Of a DNA stretch of 64,000 bases, positions 17,909 to 27,583 are shown one piece after another (positions within the stretch are counted from its first letter, which is position 1; each line of letters begins with the position of its first letter). The stretch is from IMG/VR virus record IMGVR_UViG_3300020473_000013, positions 124,001-188,000 of that record; one strand, written 5' to 3'. Under the pieces are notes generated by a model that was given only the letters and a program-made list of their open reading frames with translations, was not told the DNA's origin and searched no databases. A program made the translations under genes and the position numbers.

Positions 17909-17914
17909 TAATTT
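17909..17914 (+). promoter_or_regulatory. putative late promoter core TAATTT
   Basis: CTCACAATAATAATTT, nearly identical to the context upstream of the tail sheath gene. Confidence 0.5.
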
Positions 17915-17987
17915 GTACATGTCACCGGAGTGCGGGGCGACCCGGGCGCAAGCCCTTCGCTCCGGCAACGTTGCTACGTGTACAAAT
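17911..17987 (+). ncRNA. structured 5' leader (multi-branched RNA) of the H1-like gene
   Basis: 12-bp outer stem, 8-bp inner stem, two GNRA tetraloop hairpins (GCGA, GCAA). Confidence 0.5.
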
Positions 17988-18005
17988 CAATTGGAGGCTT
18001 CCATC

Positions 18006-18920
18006 ATGGCCACTCGTAAGAAGACCCCTGCCAACGCAGTGAAGGACCCGATGCAGAAGAAGCGTCGGGTGAAGAAGGACACCAGCGCTGAGGCGCAGAA
18101 GAAGCGCCGCGCCGCTCGTCAGGACTACCAGAAGAACAAGTCCAAGGCGAAGCAGGAACGTGCCAAGCGCGAACGCACCATGACTCCGAAGGAGAAGCAG
18201 GCCAAGAAGGAGCGTGCATACGTCAACCGCCTGCGTCGCAAGGGCGAGTCCGATGCTCAGATCAAGGTCAAGCTGAAGGACTACCGCGCCAAGCTGAAGG
18301 GCATGCCGACTACCGCCCAGAAGCGCAAGGAGAAACTGGCAGCTACCCGTCAGCGTTTCGCTGATCGTCGCCAGAAGCTGATGGAGCGTTCCAAGACTAC
18401 CCGCGAGGCGTACAAGGCGCAGCGCGAGAAGAACGCCCAGAAGGCCACTCCGGCCGCTCGGAAAGCCGCCAACGCCAAGGCCAAGGCTGCCTACCAGAAG
18501 AAGATGGCAGCTATCAAGGATCAGCGCGCCAAGCTGACCGCGCAGCGTAAGGAAGCAATCGCCAAGCACAAGGCCGATGCTCCTGCCAAGAAGGCCCCGG
18601 CCAAGGCAGCTCCGGCTAAGGCAGCTCCGAAGGCAGCAGCCAAGAAGGCCCCGGCTAAGAAAGCCGCTGGCACCAAGGCTTCCACTGCCAAGAAGACCAC
18701 TGGTACCAAGGCAGCAGCCAAGAAGACCACCGGCACCAAGACCGCAGCCAAGAAGGCTCCGGCTAAGAAAGCCGCTGGCACCAAGGCAGCCGGTACCAAG
18801 ACCGCAGCCAAGAAGGCCCCGGCCAAGAAGGCCCCGGCCAAGAAGGCTCCGGCAAAGGGTGGCGCCGCCAAGAAGGAAGGCTCCGTCCCGCGTCGTCGCG
18901 GTCGCGCCAAGTCTGAATAA
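18006..18920 (+). CDS. histone H1-like / AlgP-like Lys-Ala-rich DNA-binding protein
   Basis: 304 aa, extremely basic; KKAPA and GTK[AT]AAKK repeats; GGAGG RBS. Confidence 0.8.
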   Translation: MATRKKTPANAVKDPMQKKRRVKKDTSAEAQKKRRAARQDYQKNKSKAKQERAKRERTMTPKEKQAKKERAYVNRLRRKGESDAQIKVKLKDYRAKLKGMPTTAQKRKEKLAATRQRFADRRQKLMERSKTTREAYKAQREKNAQKATPAARKAANAKAKAAYQKKMAAIKDQRAKLTAQRKEAIAKHKADAPAKKAPAKAAPAKAAPKAAAKKAPAKKAAGTKASTAKKTTGTKAAAKKTTGTKTAAKKAPAKKAAGTKAAGTKTAAKKAPAKKAPAKKAPAKGGAAKKEGSVPRRRGRAKSE

Positions 18921-18959
18921 TTTTACGCACGCTGCGTAGAACAGACGATAAACCCTAAG

Positions 18960-19000
18960 AAACGCGCAGTGGGCTAACACCTGCTGCGCGTTTTTTTTTT
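18960..19000 (+). terminator. intrinsic terminator
   Basis: AAACGCGCAG...CTGCGCGTTT stem followed by a T10 run. Confidence 0.85.
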
Positions 19001-19016
19001 CGCACAAGGACTTAGT

Positions 19017-20132
19017 ATGAGCGACTCCCTCAAGCAATTGGATAAGAGCAAAAACATGGAGGACCTTAGGTCTGCTAGGTCCTTCAACGAAATCGTGGTA
19101 GTCTTGAGTCGTATTAAGAATGCCGCGTCCAGTATCAACTCTAAGCTCAGCCGCAAGTTAGAGAAGGTGCAGACCTCAGAGGTTGAGATACCCATTTCCG
19201 AACAACAGGAAGGAGAGTTCTCTTTGGATCGCTCCTCCCTCAAAGCATCGCATGAGGACCTTGAGTCTCTCCAGATGTTCACGTACCAGCTCCACTTTGC
19301 CCGATCTATTTCCGGGGTTGTGTCGAGCGACGCGAAGATGGAGAAGTTTCGCAAGCTGTGCGAGCAGCTGGATGCCGTCCTGATAAAGACCCAGAACATG
19401 GCATTCAAGTATCTGAACGCTGTAGGTTCTCGCGTGGAGCCTGCGCGATTGGGTACCTTCGCATCACGTGCCGAGAAATACCTGGCAAAACTGACGGACT
19501 CCAGTCGTGTCAACTCGTTCGTAGTGCCGGATGCCGCATTCAAGGTATCGTTCACGCACTACGTCGTGGTTCACAATGTCCCTACCCAGAATGGCTACGT
19601 GCTATCCGAGCTACTGGTAGCCCTACACGCTGACAACAACTATGATAACACCTTCTCCTACTCTATCTCATTCCCAGATCGGGTAGGAGATGCGTCGGAG
19701 CGTTTCACCATATCCAATCCCAAGCAGTTAACCCGCGCTCTGGATACCCATCTATTTGAAGGTTTCGAGATTCAAACGATAGGTGAACTGGAATCCGGCT
19801 CCAAGCGCTATATCGAGACGATGCCTAACGTGTTGTCCACCTATGTGGATGATAACAACTTGGTGATCGAACTTGAGTCCGGAGTTACAGGGTCCGACGT
19901 TAACTCCGTCCTTACCAAACTCCTGCCCTGCGCGCATACCGCTCTTGGTGTTTCCGATCCTAGAACGGACATCGTACATCGTGTAGCACAAGGCCCTCGA
20001 GGCAACAAAACCATCAGAATCCAGTTATCGGATCGTAATTTCTACAATCAAGGCGCCTTCAAACAGCTTCGCAAGATGTTGGCGCTGGATTCTAGGACCT
20101 ACAAGGCCGTTATGTCTGCAACCAAGGGGTAA
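19017..20132 (+). CDS. hypothetical protein, paralogue of the next gene
   Basis: 371 aa; shares motifs with 20137..21354. Confidence 0.75.
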   Translation: MSDSLKQLDKSKNMEDLRSARSFNEIVVVLSRIKNAASSINSKLSRKLEKVQTSEVEIPISEQQEGEFSLDRSSLKASHEDLESLQMFTYQLHFARSISGVVSSDAKMEKFRKLCEQLDAVLIKTQNMAFKYLNAVGSRVEPARLGTFASRAEKYLAKLTDSSRVNSFVVPDAAFKVSFTHYVVVHNVPTQNGYVLSELLVALHADNNYDNTFSYSISFPDRVGDASERFTISNPKQLTRALDTHLFEGFEIQTIGELESGSKRYIETMPNVLSTYVDDNNLVIELESGVTGSDVNSVLTKLLPCAHTALGVSDPRTDIVHRVAQGPRGNKTIRIQLSDRNFYNQGAFKQLRKMLALDSRTYKAVMSATKG

Positions 20133-20136
20133 CCAC

Positions 20137-21354
20137 ATGCTCGCAAACTACGTGCGCTCGAAATTCCGTAGCCTACGGGAGATCGTGCAATTCATCAAGA
20201 AGGCCTCGGCCTCTGCCATCATCCGCCTGTTCAACACGCGACGGTCACGCTATGAGGACCTCATTCAGCGTATGGACTCGTTTACGCACGTTGTTCAGGC
20301 ATCGGACGACGTGACGGAGATCGACGTTACGGGCTCCAAGCCGAAGCCTGACGGTAAGATCAACGGTAAGAGCGTGAAGACTGTCCGGTTCCGTGACGGT
20401 ATCGCCCTGCCTATTATCGGCTTCAAGGCCCCCAATCGTCAACAACTGGCGAAAGACGTCCAGATGTTCGATGAGGCCGAACAGTACATGCAGGAACTCA
20501 AGGAAATGATCGACCGTCTCAGTAAGAAGACGGACGCCGCTTCCAAGAAGTTCGTGAAGGAGATGCAGACCTACCGCAATACCATCAAGGAAAAGCGGGA
20601 CGCCTTGTACGACACCATCGAGGAACTGTCGGACAAGCACGCGCCGGACGAGATGATGCAGCTCGCGCACCAGCTCATGCAGCACGTCAACGATACCATT
20701 CCGGCTGATGCCTACTCCGAAATGGGTTGGGACCTCCATATCTCCAGCCAGAACTCGCTGACCAGTAAGAAGCGAGAGCCCATCGAGTTCACCTACTACC
20801 TGTATATCGACGACCTGAACAAAGACCAGTTCAAGAGCGAGCAGCTGGTGATCGTCCTGACTGGGGTAGTGCATGAGGTTAAATCAACCAAGGCTCGCGG
20901 CAAGCCGTCATTCTATTTGACGTTCCACATGACCGCCTTGCCTCAGTTCATGTCGCCTGGCAGCTTCAAGATCGGCCAACAGCTCTCGGGACAGACCATC
21001 AACTCCTTGGTCTCCTCGGCCAAGCGTGAGGCTACCAAGCTGATCTCCCTACACAGCATGTTGCCTTCGATCGGCCGCCGCAAGATCAATGTCACCCAGC
21101 AGCAGCTACGGCATAGCGGTATCCTGGATTTGGATGGCATCGTGGATGTGGACGTCGAGGACGACGAAATCGTGATCGACCTCTCTCAGGTGAGCGACGA
21201 TGTTATTCGCGACGAAATGTGGCCGGAGATCATTGTCTACCTGCGCAAGCTCCTCCGCGCTCCGAAGAAGTCCAGCTTCGTCTACAACATCGAGAAGGTG
21301 GGCCGTCACAAGGTGATGCACGTCACCAATGTGAAGAACGTCACCGACAACTAA
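20137..21354 (+). CDS. hypothetical protein (probable virion protein)
   Basis: 405 aa; TAATTT motif ~100 nt upstream. Confidence 0.75.
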   Translation: MLANYVRSKFRSLREIVQFIKKASASAIIRLFNTRRSRYEDLIQRMDSFTHVVQASDDVTEIDVTGSKPKPDGKINGKSVKTVRFRDGIALPIIGFKAPNRQQLAKDVQMFDEAEQYMQELKEMIDRLSKKTDAASKKFVKEMQTYRNTIKEKRDALYDTIEELSDKHAPDEMMQLAHQLMQHVNDTIPADAYSEMGWDLHISSQNSLTSKKREPIEFTYYLYIDDLNKDQFKSEQLVIVLTGVVHEVKSTKARGKPSFYLTFHMTALPQFMSPGSFKIGQQLSGQTINSLVSSAKREATKLISLHSMLPSIGRRKINVTQQQLRHSGILDLDGIVDVDVEDDEIVIDLSQVSDDVIRDEMWPEIIVYLRKLLRAPKKSSFVYNIEKVGRHKVMHVTNVKNVTDN

Positions 21355-21372
21355 TCCGACGTAGGAGGCACC

Positions 21373-22368
21373 ATGATCCATCAACGATCAGCGTCCACGT
21401 TTCGCGTGGTCGAGTGGCCCACGTCTCAGGCATCGCACTTTCGCATCTTCAATACGCCCAAGTTGCGGTACGACCTGTCCGTGCTTGTGGACTTCCTGGC
21501 TCAGGCGCTGTATGAGACCAACAAGGCGTTCGTCCGTTACTCCACGTTCTCGCTCGTTAACGTGGTGAGCCCGATCGCCGGCCTCAGCTTTGGATATGAC
21601 AAGCCTCCTTATGAGGACATTCGTCATTTCCATCCTCTGTCGTTCACTTTCGCCTTCACACGGCGCGACGAGTACAATGGGGAGATTCGCCCGCGCTTCC
21701 AGATGCGGCCTGCGCAGTACGTGACGTTCTGGGGCCACACGCAGATCGGTAACGCCGACTTCGTGACGATCAACGTACCGAAGCGCGTTATGCGGGACGT
21801 GCGCCTCCTGACTCCCAATATGCGTGAGATGGAGTGGTTGTACATGGCGATCGGAGCGTGGTCCAAGAACTTCGCTCAGCGCTTTGACTTCTACACGCGG
21901 AAAGGCTGGTACAACAGTGATCCCATCTCGGTAGAGACGGCACGCGCCAAGTTCTACTACCAGAAGATGCAGCACCTGTTCAAGCACGTCCCATACGATC
22001 AGTGGGGTTACGCCAAGGATATGTGGGAGTTGGCTCCTAACTTCCTGAACCCGAAAGCTGCAAACACGGACTTCATCGACTACTATTGTCGGTACCTGGC
22101 GCATGACTACTACCGTAAGTATAGCGTGCCCAACGTGCAGAAGATCGAGAAGCTGGCCGAGAAGTACGTAGCATCCGGCGTGTTGGATGCACTGCCTATG
22201 GTTGTGCCCGACGCGGAACAAGGCGACGCCCCCGGAGAAACCTTCTCCCGTAATCTCACAACCGTCTTGGACATGCTGGGCGGAAACTTGAACCTGCTGG
22301 CCGATCGCAGCGATGTCCAGAATATCGCTCGTGACCTGCTCTCAGGAAACCTAAGGGGAGCACAATGA
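21373..22368 (+). CDS. hypothetical protein
   Basis: 331 aa; AGGAGG RBS. Confidence 0.75.
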   Translation: MIHQRSASTFRVVEWPTSQASHFRIFNTPKLRYDLSVLVDFLAQALYETNKAFVRYSTFSLVNVVSPIAGLSFGYDKPPYEDIRHFHPLSFTFAFTRRDEYNGEIRPRFQMRPAQYVTFWGHTQIGNADFVTINVPKRVMRDVRLLTPNMREMEWLYMAIGAWSKNFAQRFDFYTRKGWYNSDPISVETARAKFYYQKMQHLFKHVPYDQWGYAKDMWELAPNFLNPKAANTDFIDYYCRYLAHDYYRKYSVPNVQKIEKLAEKYVASGVLDALPMVVPDAEQGDAPGETFSRNLTTVLDMLGGNLNLLADRSDVQNIARDLLSGNLRGAQ

Positions 22369-23603
22369 GCAATGAGATAGTAACGGTATTGGAGGGCGAA
22401 ACTTGCACGTTGGTCGAATCGTTCGTGGACGAGTTTGACGAACCGCTTGACCTCGCCAACACGGAGCCGGGCCCTATCGTCCGTGTGTTCGACGACACGA
22501 AGGAAATGGTGATCGAGCAGATTGCCGTTCCTGATCCGAACGGGCAGCCCGGCGACTGGTCCGTCGATGTCTCCATGCCCAAGATCGGGCTATCGGAGAA
22601 GAAGCAGTTTACCGCGCACTGGACGTACAAGTCGGCAGAAGGTGACATCCACCGCTCTAAGCAGGCGCTGTTCGTGGAGCCTGACTCCGAGGAGCGCGAT
22701 TCGGACGTCCTGGTAATCAGCGGTCGCGATAAGGTGATGCAGCTCATCCTCCCTATCGCGTTCGAGCGTCCTGTGGAGAAGAAGGAAGGCGACGTGAAGA
22801 ATCGCATTCCTGCCACGCCTGGCAAACCTGGGGACACGCTCCGCTTCTCCCTGTTCCGGAATAACATGGCTATATTCGGCGAGGAAGGGCTGAGCAGCGA
22901 TGATCCTGACAGCGGTATCCACATCGAAACCCACATCAACAAGACAGTGGTGACGTTGCCTGCAGCGGTCGGCGCTCCTAAGATGGAGCCTCTGATCATG
23001 CTGGTGGAGCATAACAAGCCCGGCGTGATGATGCCTCAGACGCTGACCTACAAGGTATGGGCTATCACGCCTCAGGTCCTCGTCGCAGCCTCCCAGCTGG
23101 AGGACTTCATCAACAAGGCTCGCATCCAGAACGTGATCCCGGAGCTGGACTACACGCAGGCGGACCTGATTCAGTACCTGCATCGTGGGCTGGCACTGTT
23201 CAACTCGTTCCCTCCGCACACGTCCAGTTTCAACGGAAACAACATGCAGGGGATTATCCTCGACGCATGGCTACAGTGTAGCTCGTACTACGCTCTGGCT
23301 TCCCAGCTTCAAGCTGAAGGTGCCATGGCATTCGACTTCTCTGGTCAATCCGTCAGCTTGAACGTGGATCGCACGCCTACGATTGAAGGTGCGCTCGGTC
23401 GCGTGGAGAGCGCGCTGGAGCAGAACGTCAAGCCCCTCAAGAAACTGCTGGCTAAGGCTGGCGTGCTTGGCGGGGATGGATCGCAAGGCGGACAAGCTAT
23501 CAACGGCGCTCACAGCCTTGGTACTTTGGGTGTTCTCAACGCTCCGACCACTCGACTGCCTCATGCAGGTCACCGTGGTTCTTGGTTCCGCCCGTTTTAC
23601 TAG
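22365..23603 (+). CDS. hypothetical protein (possible head-tail connector/neck protein)
   Basis: 412 aa; beta-rich N-terminal part and helical C-terminal part; function is inference. Confidence 0.55.
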   Translation: MSNEIVTVLEGETCTLVESFVDEFDEPLDLANTEPGPIVRVFDDTKEMVIEQIAVPDPNGQPGDWSVDVSMPKIGLSEKKQFTAHWTYKSAEGDIHRSKQALFVEPDSEERDSDVLVISGRDKVMQLILPIAFERPVEKKEGDVKNRIPATPGKPGDTLRFSLFRNNMAIFGEEGLSSDDPDSGIHIETHINKTVVTLPAAVGAPKMEPLIMLVEHNKPGVMMPQTLTYKVWAITPQVLVAASQLEDFINKARIQNVIPELDYTQADLIQYLHRGLALFNSFPPHTSSFNGNNMQGIILDAWLQCSSYYALASQLQAEGAMAFDFSGQSVSLNVDRTPTIEGALGRVESALEQNVKPLKKLLAKAGVLGGDGSQGGQAINGAHSLGTLGVLNAPTTRLPHAGHRGSWFRPFY

Positions 23604-23718
23604 GATGTACTCGCGGCAGCGTCTGTGTTATACTGGTCTTTTCAGGGATAGCACTGGCGCTTTTGCTACGGTTACGGAAATAGGTAAGGCCCGCTCGGTG
23701 GTACCTCCTACCTAATCG

Positions 23719-23724
23719 TAATTT
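23719..23724 (+). promoter_or_regulatory. putative late promoter core TAATTT
   Basis: Intergenic, ~45 nt before a strongly codon-biased gene. Confidence 0.45.
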
Positions 23725-23769
23725 ATCCACGCTATAGCAAGCATTCCGTTCCTATATAGGAGAATCAAA

Positions 23770-24660
23770 ATGAGCAGCATGAATCATTCCCGCAGCGTCG
23801 TGGACTCTATGGTGTCCGACCTGCGTAAGGCCCGCAAGCCGCACATCAACATCGTGGACATCGCTCGCACGTCCAACGAAGGCTTCGCTCGCGTCACTGC
23901 CTCGGTAACTCACACCTCCGCCAGTCGTCAGGATCACAGCCAGGTGCTGTCCGCTCTGAGCGAGAAGTTGGGTGCCAAGGTTCGCCCCATCGAGGGTTCC
24001 TTCCATGCTGTGGCAGGAAACAGCGTAGGAGACACTATCAGCGGTATCGTGACCTCCAACCCGGAAGTCGTCGCCTATGACGAGAACATCGCCGAAGGCT
24101 TCAAAGCCATCGCAGGCAACATGTTCATGGATGACGAGGAACAGCTCTGGGCCCTGCGCAAGACTGAGGCAGGTGACCTGCTGGTCAAGAGCCGCGGCAA
24201 GGAAGATGCCGACATCATTTCCGACCTGATGACCTCCCTGTCCAGCGCGGACGTTGGCACCATGGCGTTCGAGGCTCAGGCCAGCGCTCAGCGTGACGAA
24301 GGTATCCGCTGCGGTCTCCAAGGTGGCGACTTCATCACCTTCGTGAACCCCGAGACCGAAGACGTGCAATTCGGTGCCGTGGTGGCCTCCGTGTGCGATG
24401 ATACGGGTCGCGAGACTGGTAATGTGGTCGTGCAGTCCGTCGAGGCGTCCTCCAAGCCGGTCATGATCGACCGTCAGATGACTCTCGGCAAGTTCGATGA
24501 TGTGGACTTCGACGACACGGGTCTGGTGGATGACAACGTGGCCGAGGCCAGTGCGCATACTCTGGACTTCATCGCCTCCTACTACCAGCGTCTGTTCCAG
24601 CGCGATCCGAGCTACTACGAGAAGTTCATGGAGCGCTGGATGGCCCACACCTTCGGCTAA
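23770..24660 (+). CDS. hypothetical protein (probable abundant virion/prohead protein)
   Basis: 296 aa, acidic, strong codon bias, AGGAG RBS. Confidence 0.7.
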   Translation: MSSMNHSRSVVDSMVSDLRKARKPHINIVDIARTSNEGFARVTASVTHTSASRQDHSQVLSALSEKLGAKVRPIEGSFHAVAGNSVGDTISGIVTSNPEVVAYDENIAEGFKAIAGNMFMDDEEQLWALRKTEAGDLLVKSRGKEDADIISDLMTSLSSADVGTMAFEAQASAQRDEGIRCGLQGGDFITFVNPETEDVQFGAVVASVCDDTGRETGNVVVQSVEASSKPVMIDRQMTLGKFDDVDFDDTGLVDDNVAEASAHTLDFIASYYQRLFQRDPSYYEKFMERWMAHTFG

Positions 24661-24675
24661 TCTGGTTCAAGGTCA

Positions 24676-24700
24676 AAGGGCGCATCTTGTGTGCGCCCTT
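24676..24700 (+). terminator. stem-loop (weak terminator or mRNA-stabilising hairpin)
   Basis: AAGGGCGCAT-CTTGT-GTGCGCCCTT; only a short U tract. Confidence 0.5.
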
Positions 24701-24719
24701 ATCCGCCTAGGAGGCAAGT

Positions 24720-25463
24720 ATGCGTGTAGAGATACCGATGCAGGTTTCTGAGTCCGCGGCAGTTCGCACTGTCAAGAATCCCGAACTGCAGGAGAAGTCT
24801 ACGATTCCCACAATCAAGCAAGCTGAGAAAGAGAAGCTGGCGCGCCAGAAGGCAAACGCTCGCATCCTGTTCGGCTCACGCTGGGAATCCATCTTCAACG
24901 GTCTCAAGGACTTCGAGTCCAAGCCCGAGCTTGTTATTCCGTGCGCCAGCAAGTTACTCCAGGTTCTGGACAAGGCGGACGGTGACAAGCTGGAGAAATT
25001 CGCCGAGTTCAAGGCGATCAAGTCATTCGTCAAATCTGTGGAAAAGCTGGTCGATGCAAAGACTATGAAGGAGCTTTTCGCTGCGTCCAATACGCTGCGC
25101 TTGCCGAAGCCCCTGCAGTCCATCCACGACTCGTTCCCGCAGTGGGGAATGAAGCAGAACTCCAAGTACACTCCGACGGTGAAGCTGGGTTCCGCACACG
25201 GCGACGAGCTGCGCAAGCTGGAGTACATCAAGGAATCCAAGGCCCACTTTATCCAGCACATCAAGGATGGACTGATGCGAAATCATTCCTACTTGAAGCT
25301 GGAGATCAAGAACAGCAAGATGGACGATCCTTCCGGGAAGGGCAAGATCGAAGTGGCCTCGTTCTACCTGACTAACGGCAGTAAATCTGCTCTGGTCGGA
25401 CGATGGCAGCGCGGTGGCCAAGGCTGGCATTACGATCGGTTGCCTAAGTCCATCGCACGCTAA
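24720..25463 (+). CDS. hypothetical protein
   Basis: 247 aa; AGGAGG RBS. Confidence 0.75.
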   Translation: MRVEIPMQVSESAAVRTVKNPELQEKSTIPTIKQAEKEKLARQKANARILFGSRWESIFNGLKDFESKPELVIPCASKLLQVLDKADGDKLEKFAEFKAIKSFVKSVEKLVDAKTMKELFAASNTLRLPKPLQSIHDSFPQWGMKQNSKYTPTVKLGSAHGDELRKLEYIKESKAHFIQHIKDGLMRNHSYLKLEIKNSKMDDPSGKGKIEVASFYLTNGSKSALVGRWQRGGQGWHYDRLPKSIAR

Positions 25464-25475
25464 CAGGAGTTCGTC

Positions 25476-26444
25476 ATGGCCCGCAGCAGAGGTATTAGAG
25501 AAGTCGATGTTTCCGGCGGCGGGCACATCGACGATCGTGGTCGGCATATCAACACAGACATTCCCCAGGAAGCTCGTGGCAAAGGCTCAACCGGGAAGTC
25601 GAATGCCAAGAAACGCCTCAAGCAGTCTCAGTCCAAGGCTAAGAAGAGGCAGGACGAGATTCAGGAGGAGCTGGACAGCGAGAAGCCTAAGAAGAAAAAG
25701 CGCGCCAAGAAAGACAGGGAAGAGGACGTTAACGACTTGAGCGCCGCCGTCCAGAAAAAGAAGTCGAAGAAAACCAAGACTAAGCCGTCCAAACCTAAAT
25801 CGAAACACGCTGAGGAAGACGGCACTCCCAAGAAGAAAAAGAAAAAGAAAAAGAAGACCGTCGGTGAGCTGTTAGAAGAAGGAAAGACGGAGCAAGCTCG
25901 CAAGAAGGTAAATAAGCTGGCCTCCAAGGCAGTTGCTATATCGGGCGATGTTGAGCCTGTGGTCGAGGAAGCGCAGCCTGTTAGCGGGCACTACGTTCGT
26001 TCCGGAGGTAACTCGGAAGCGGACTTCCTCGATGAGTACCACCACATCTACGGTACTCTGGGCTCCATCATCCGCAAGTTGGAAGATCGGATGACGGATG
26101 GTGACGCTCAAGTGAGCAGCAAGGATGTCTATGCTCTGATGACCATGTACAGTCAGATGCGTGAGACCATTGCTGACATGCGCTCCATCAAGGACATGAA
26201 CGATCAGGCTGAGGACCTGGCCCAGCAAGTGTTCGACCCTGCGGCCAAGAGTTCCGGCGAAGCCCTTGTTAGCCTCTACTTCAAGGTCACCACGGACATT
26301 CGCCAGAAGGTCAGTGATCCTTCTACCGTAGAGGAGCTTATCGCCACTCTCAAGGTGGACGTTGCTGATCAGGCGAGCAATCTCCAACAGCAATTCGACA
26401 TCGCACGTTCCCGCATCGTGGACGTCCTGAACGGAGGACGCTAG
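25476..26444 (+). CDS. hypothetical protein with poly-Lys disordered N-half and helical C-half
   Basis: 322 aa; run of nine Lys; directly upstream of the HNH gene. Confidence 0.7.
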   Translation: MARSRGIREVDVSGGGHIDDRGRHINTDIPQEARGKGSTGKSNAKKRLKQSQSKAKKRQDEIQEELDSEKPKKKKRAKKDREEDVNDLSAAVQKKKSKKTKTKPSKPKSKHAEEDGTPKKKKKKKKKTVGELLEEGKTEQARKKVNKLASKAVAISGDVEPVVEEAQPVSGHYVRSGGNSEADFLDEYHHIYGTLGSIIRKLEDRMTDGDAQVSSKDVYALMTMYSQMRETIADMRSIKDMNDQAEDLAQQVFDPAAKSSGEALVSLYFKVTTDIRQKVSDPSTVEELIATLKVDVADQASNLQQQFDIARSRIVDVLNGGR

Positions 26445-26771
26445 ATGGCTAAACGTGTGAAAGTAGGACCTCCCAAGGTGGGAGCGAAGACAGTAGCCAA
26501 GGTGCGGCGCACACGGCAACAAGCGTATGGTTCGCGTCAGGACTGGGGAGAGATTTCCGCTGCCGTCAAACGGCGCGATGGTCATAAGTGTCGCAAGTGT
26601 CCGGCCACCGACTACCTGCAGGTGGACCACATCATCCCTGTTCACAAAGGAGGGAGAACGATTATGTCCAACCTGTGGACTTTATGCGACCTGTGCCATT
26701 CCAAGCGACCAGGCCACAAGCGAGCCAAACACCTTATCCTTCACAAACGCAACGCTGAGAGAAAACGATGA
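26445..26771 (+). CDS. HNH endonuclease
   Basis: RDGHKCRKC...VDHIIP...GG...NLWTLCDLCH. Confidence 0.9.
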   Translation: MAKRVKVGPPKVGAKTVAKVRRTRQQAYGSRQDWGEISAAVKRRDGHKCRKCPATDYLQVDHIIPVHKGGRTIMSNLWTLCDLCHSKRPGHKRAKHLILHKRNAERKR

Positions 26772-27547
26772 AACTCAGTGTATCCAGCAAGCTGACCCTG
26801 TTGTTCCGCGAGCTGGGTGTTCCCGCCCGTGGCGAATTGAAAAATTCCTTTCCCACAGTGGTGAGTAGCGATTACCTTCCCGTATGGCAGGAGTTCATCA
26901 AGACTCGCGCCATCACCGACCTTATGCGAGCATTCGGTAAAGACGGGCTTGGGCGCTACTACGTTTGTGCGGCTTTCGTGTCTTACGTTGAGAGCCTCGA
27001 CCCAAAGGCTGTGGCCTCGAAGGTCAACCTCCTCAACTCCGCCGACTTCTATCGCCCATCCTCATCGTACCGGAAGATGACCGACTACCTCAACAGGAAG
27101 CGCATCATTTCCTCGTTGAACCTAAGCCGGTATTCCCACAAGTACGATATGAGTGCAGATCACTCCGATTGGCTGCGAGCCCTTATGTACCCGAAGTGCT
27201 CCGGCATCGCCATCTACAAAGTTCAAGGCAGGCAACCATTTGACAAGCTGATCCACTCGTTGGTGCCCACGCTTTTCAAGTCTGTTCCGTACGAACTGCG
27301 TAGGGAGGTAAATGGCAAGACCCGGAAAGTGCTGCGCGCCGAGGAGCAGATCGCCTCCAGCTTGGGCTGGTTTTCGTTATTGGAAGATGATGATGTGTCC
27401 CTGCACATGGCACGGGCTCAGTACGGTACCGTCATCTTCAAGTACCAGATCAAGTCAGAGGTAGTCGTATTTCACGGAGCCAAACCCGTGAATAAGGCGG
27501 AAAAGGACCTCAGAAAGCGCCATGAGCGGGCTATCATCCTGCCCTAA
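26768..27547 (+). CDS. hypothetical protein
   Basis: 259 aa; ATGA coupling. Confidence 0.7.
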   Translation: MKLSVSSKLTLLFRELGVPARGELKNSFPTVVSSDYLPVWQEFIKTRAITDLMRAFGKDGLGRYYVCAAFVSYVESLDPKAVASKVNLLNSADFYRPSSSYRKMTDYLNRKRIISSLNLSRYSHKYDMSADHSDWLRALMYPKCSGIAIYKVQGRQPFDKLIHSLVPTLFKSVPYELRREVNGKTRKVLRAEEQIASSLGWFSLLEDDDVSLHMARAQYGTVIFKYQIKSEVVVFHGAKPVNKAEKDLRKRHERAIILP

Positions 27548-27583
27548 CAGTGTAAACTACGTGTACAGTCCAAGAGGTGTACC

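Noticed and set aside
18580-18870. Repeats as a possible CRISPR array
   Set aside because: In-frame coding repeats with no unique spacers and no cas genes.
17922-19037. 371-aa minus-strand ORF (and 18521..18910)
   Set aside because: Antisense shadow of the repetitive H1-like gene; low-complexity product, no RBS.
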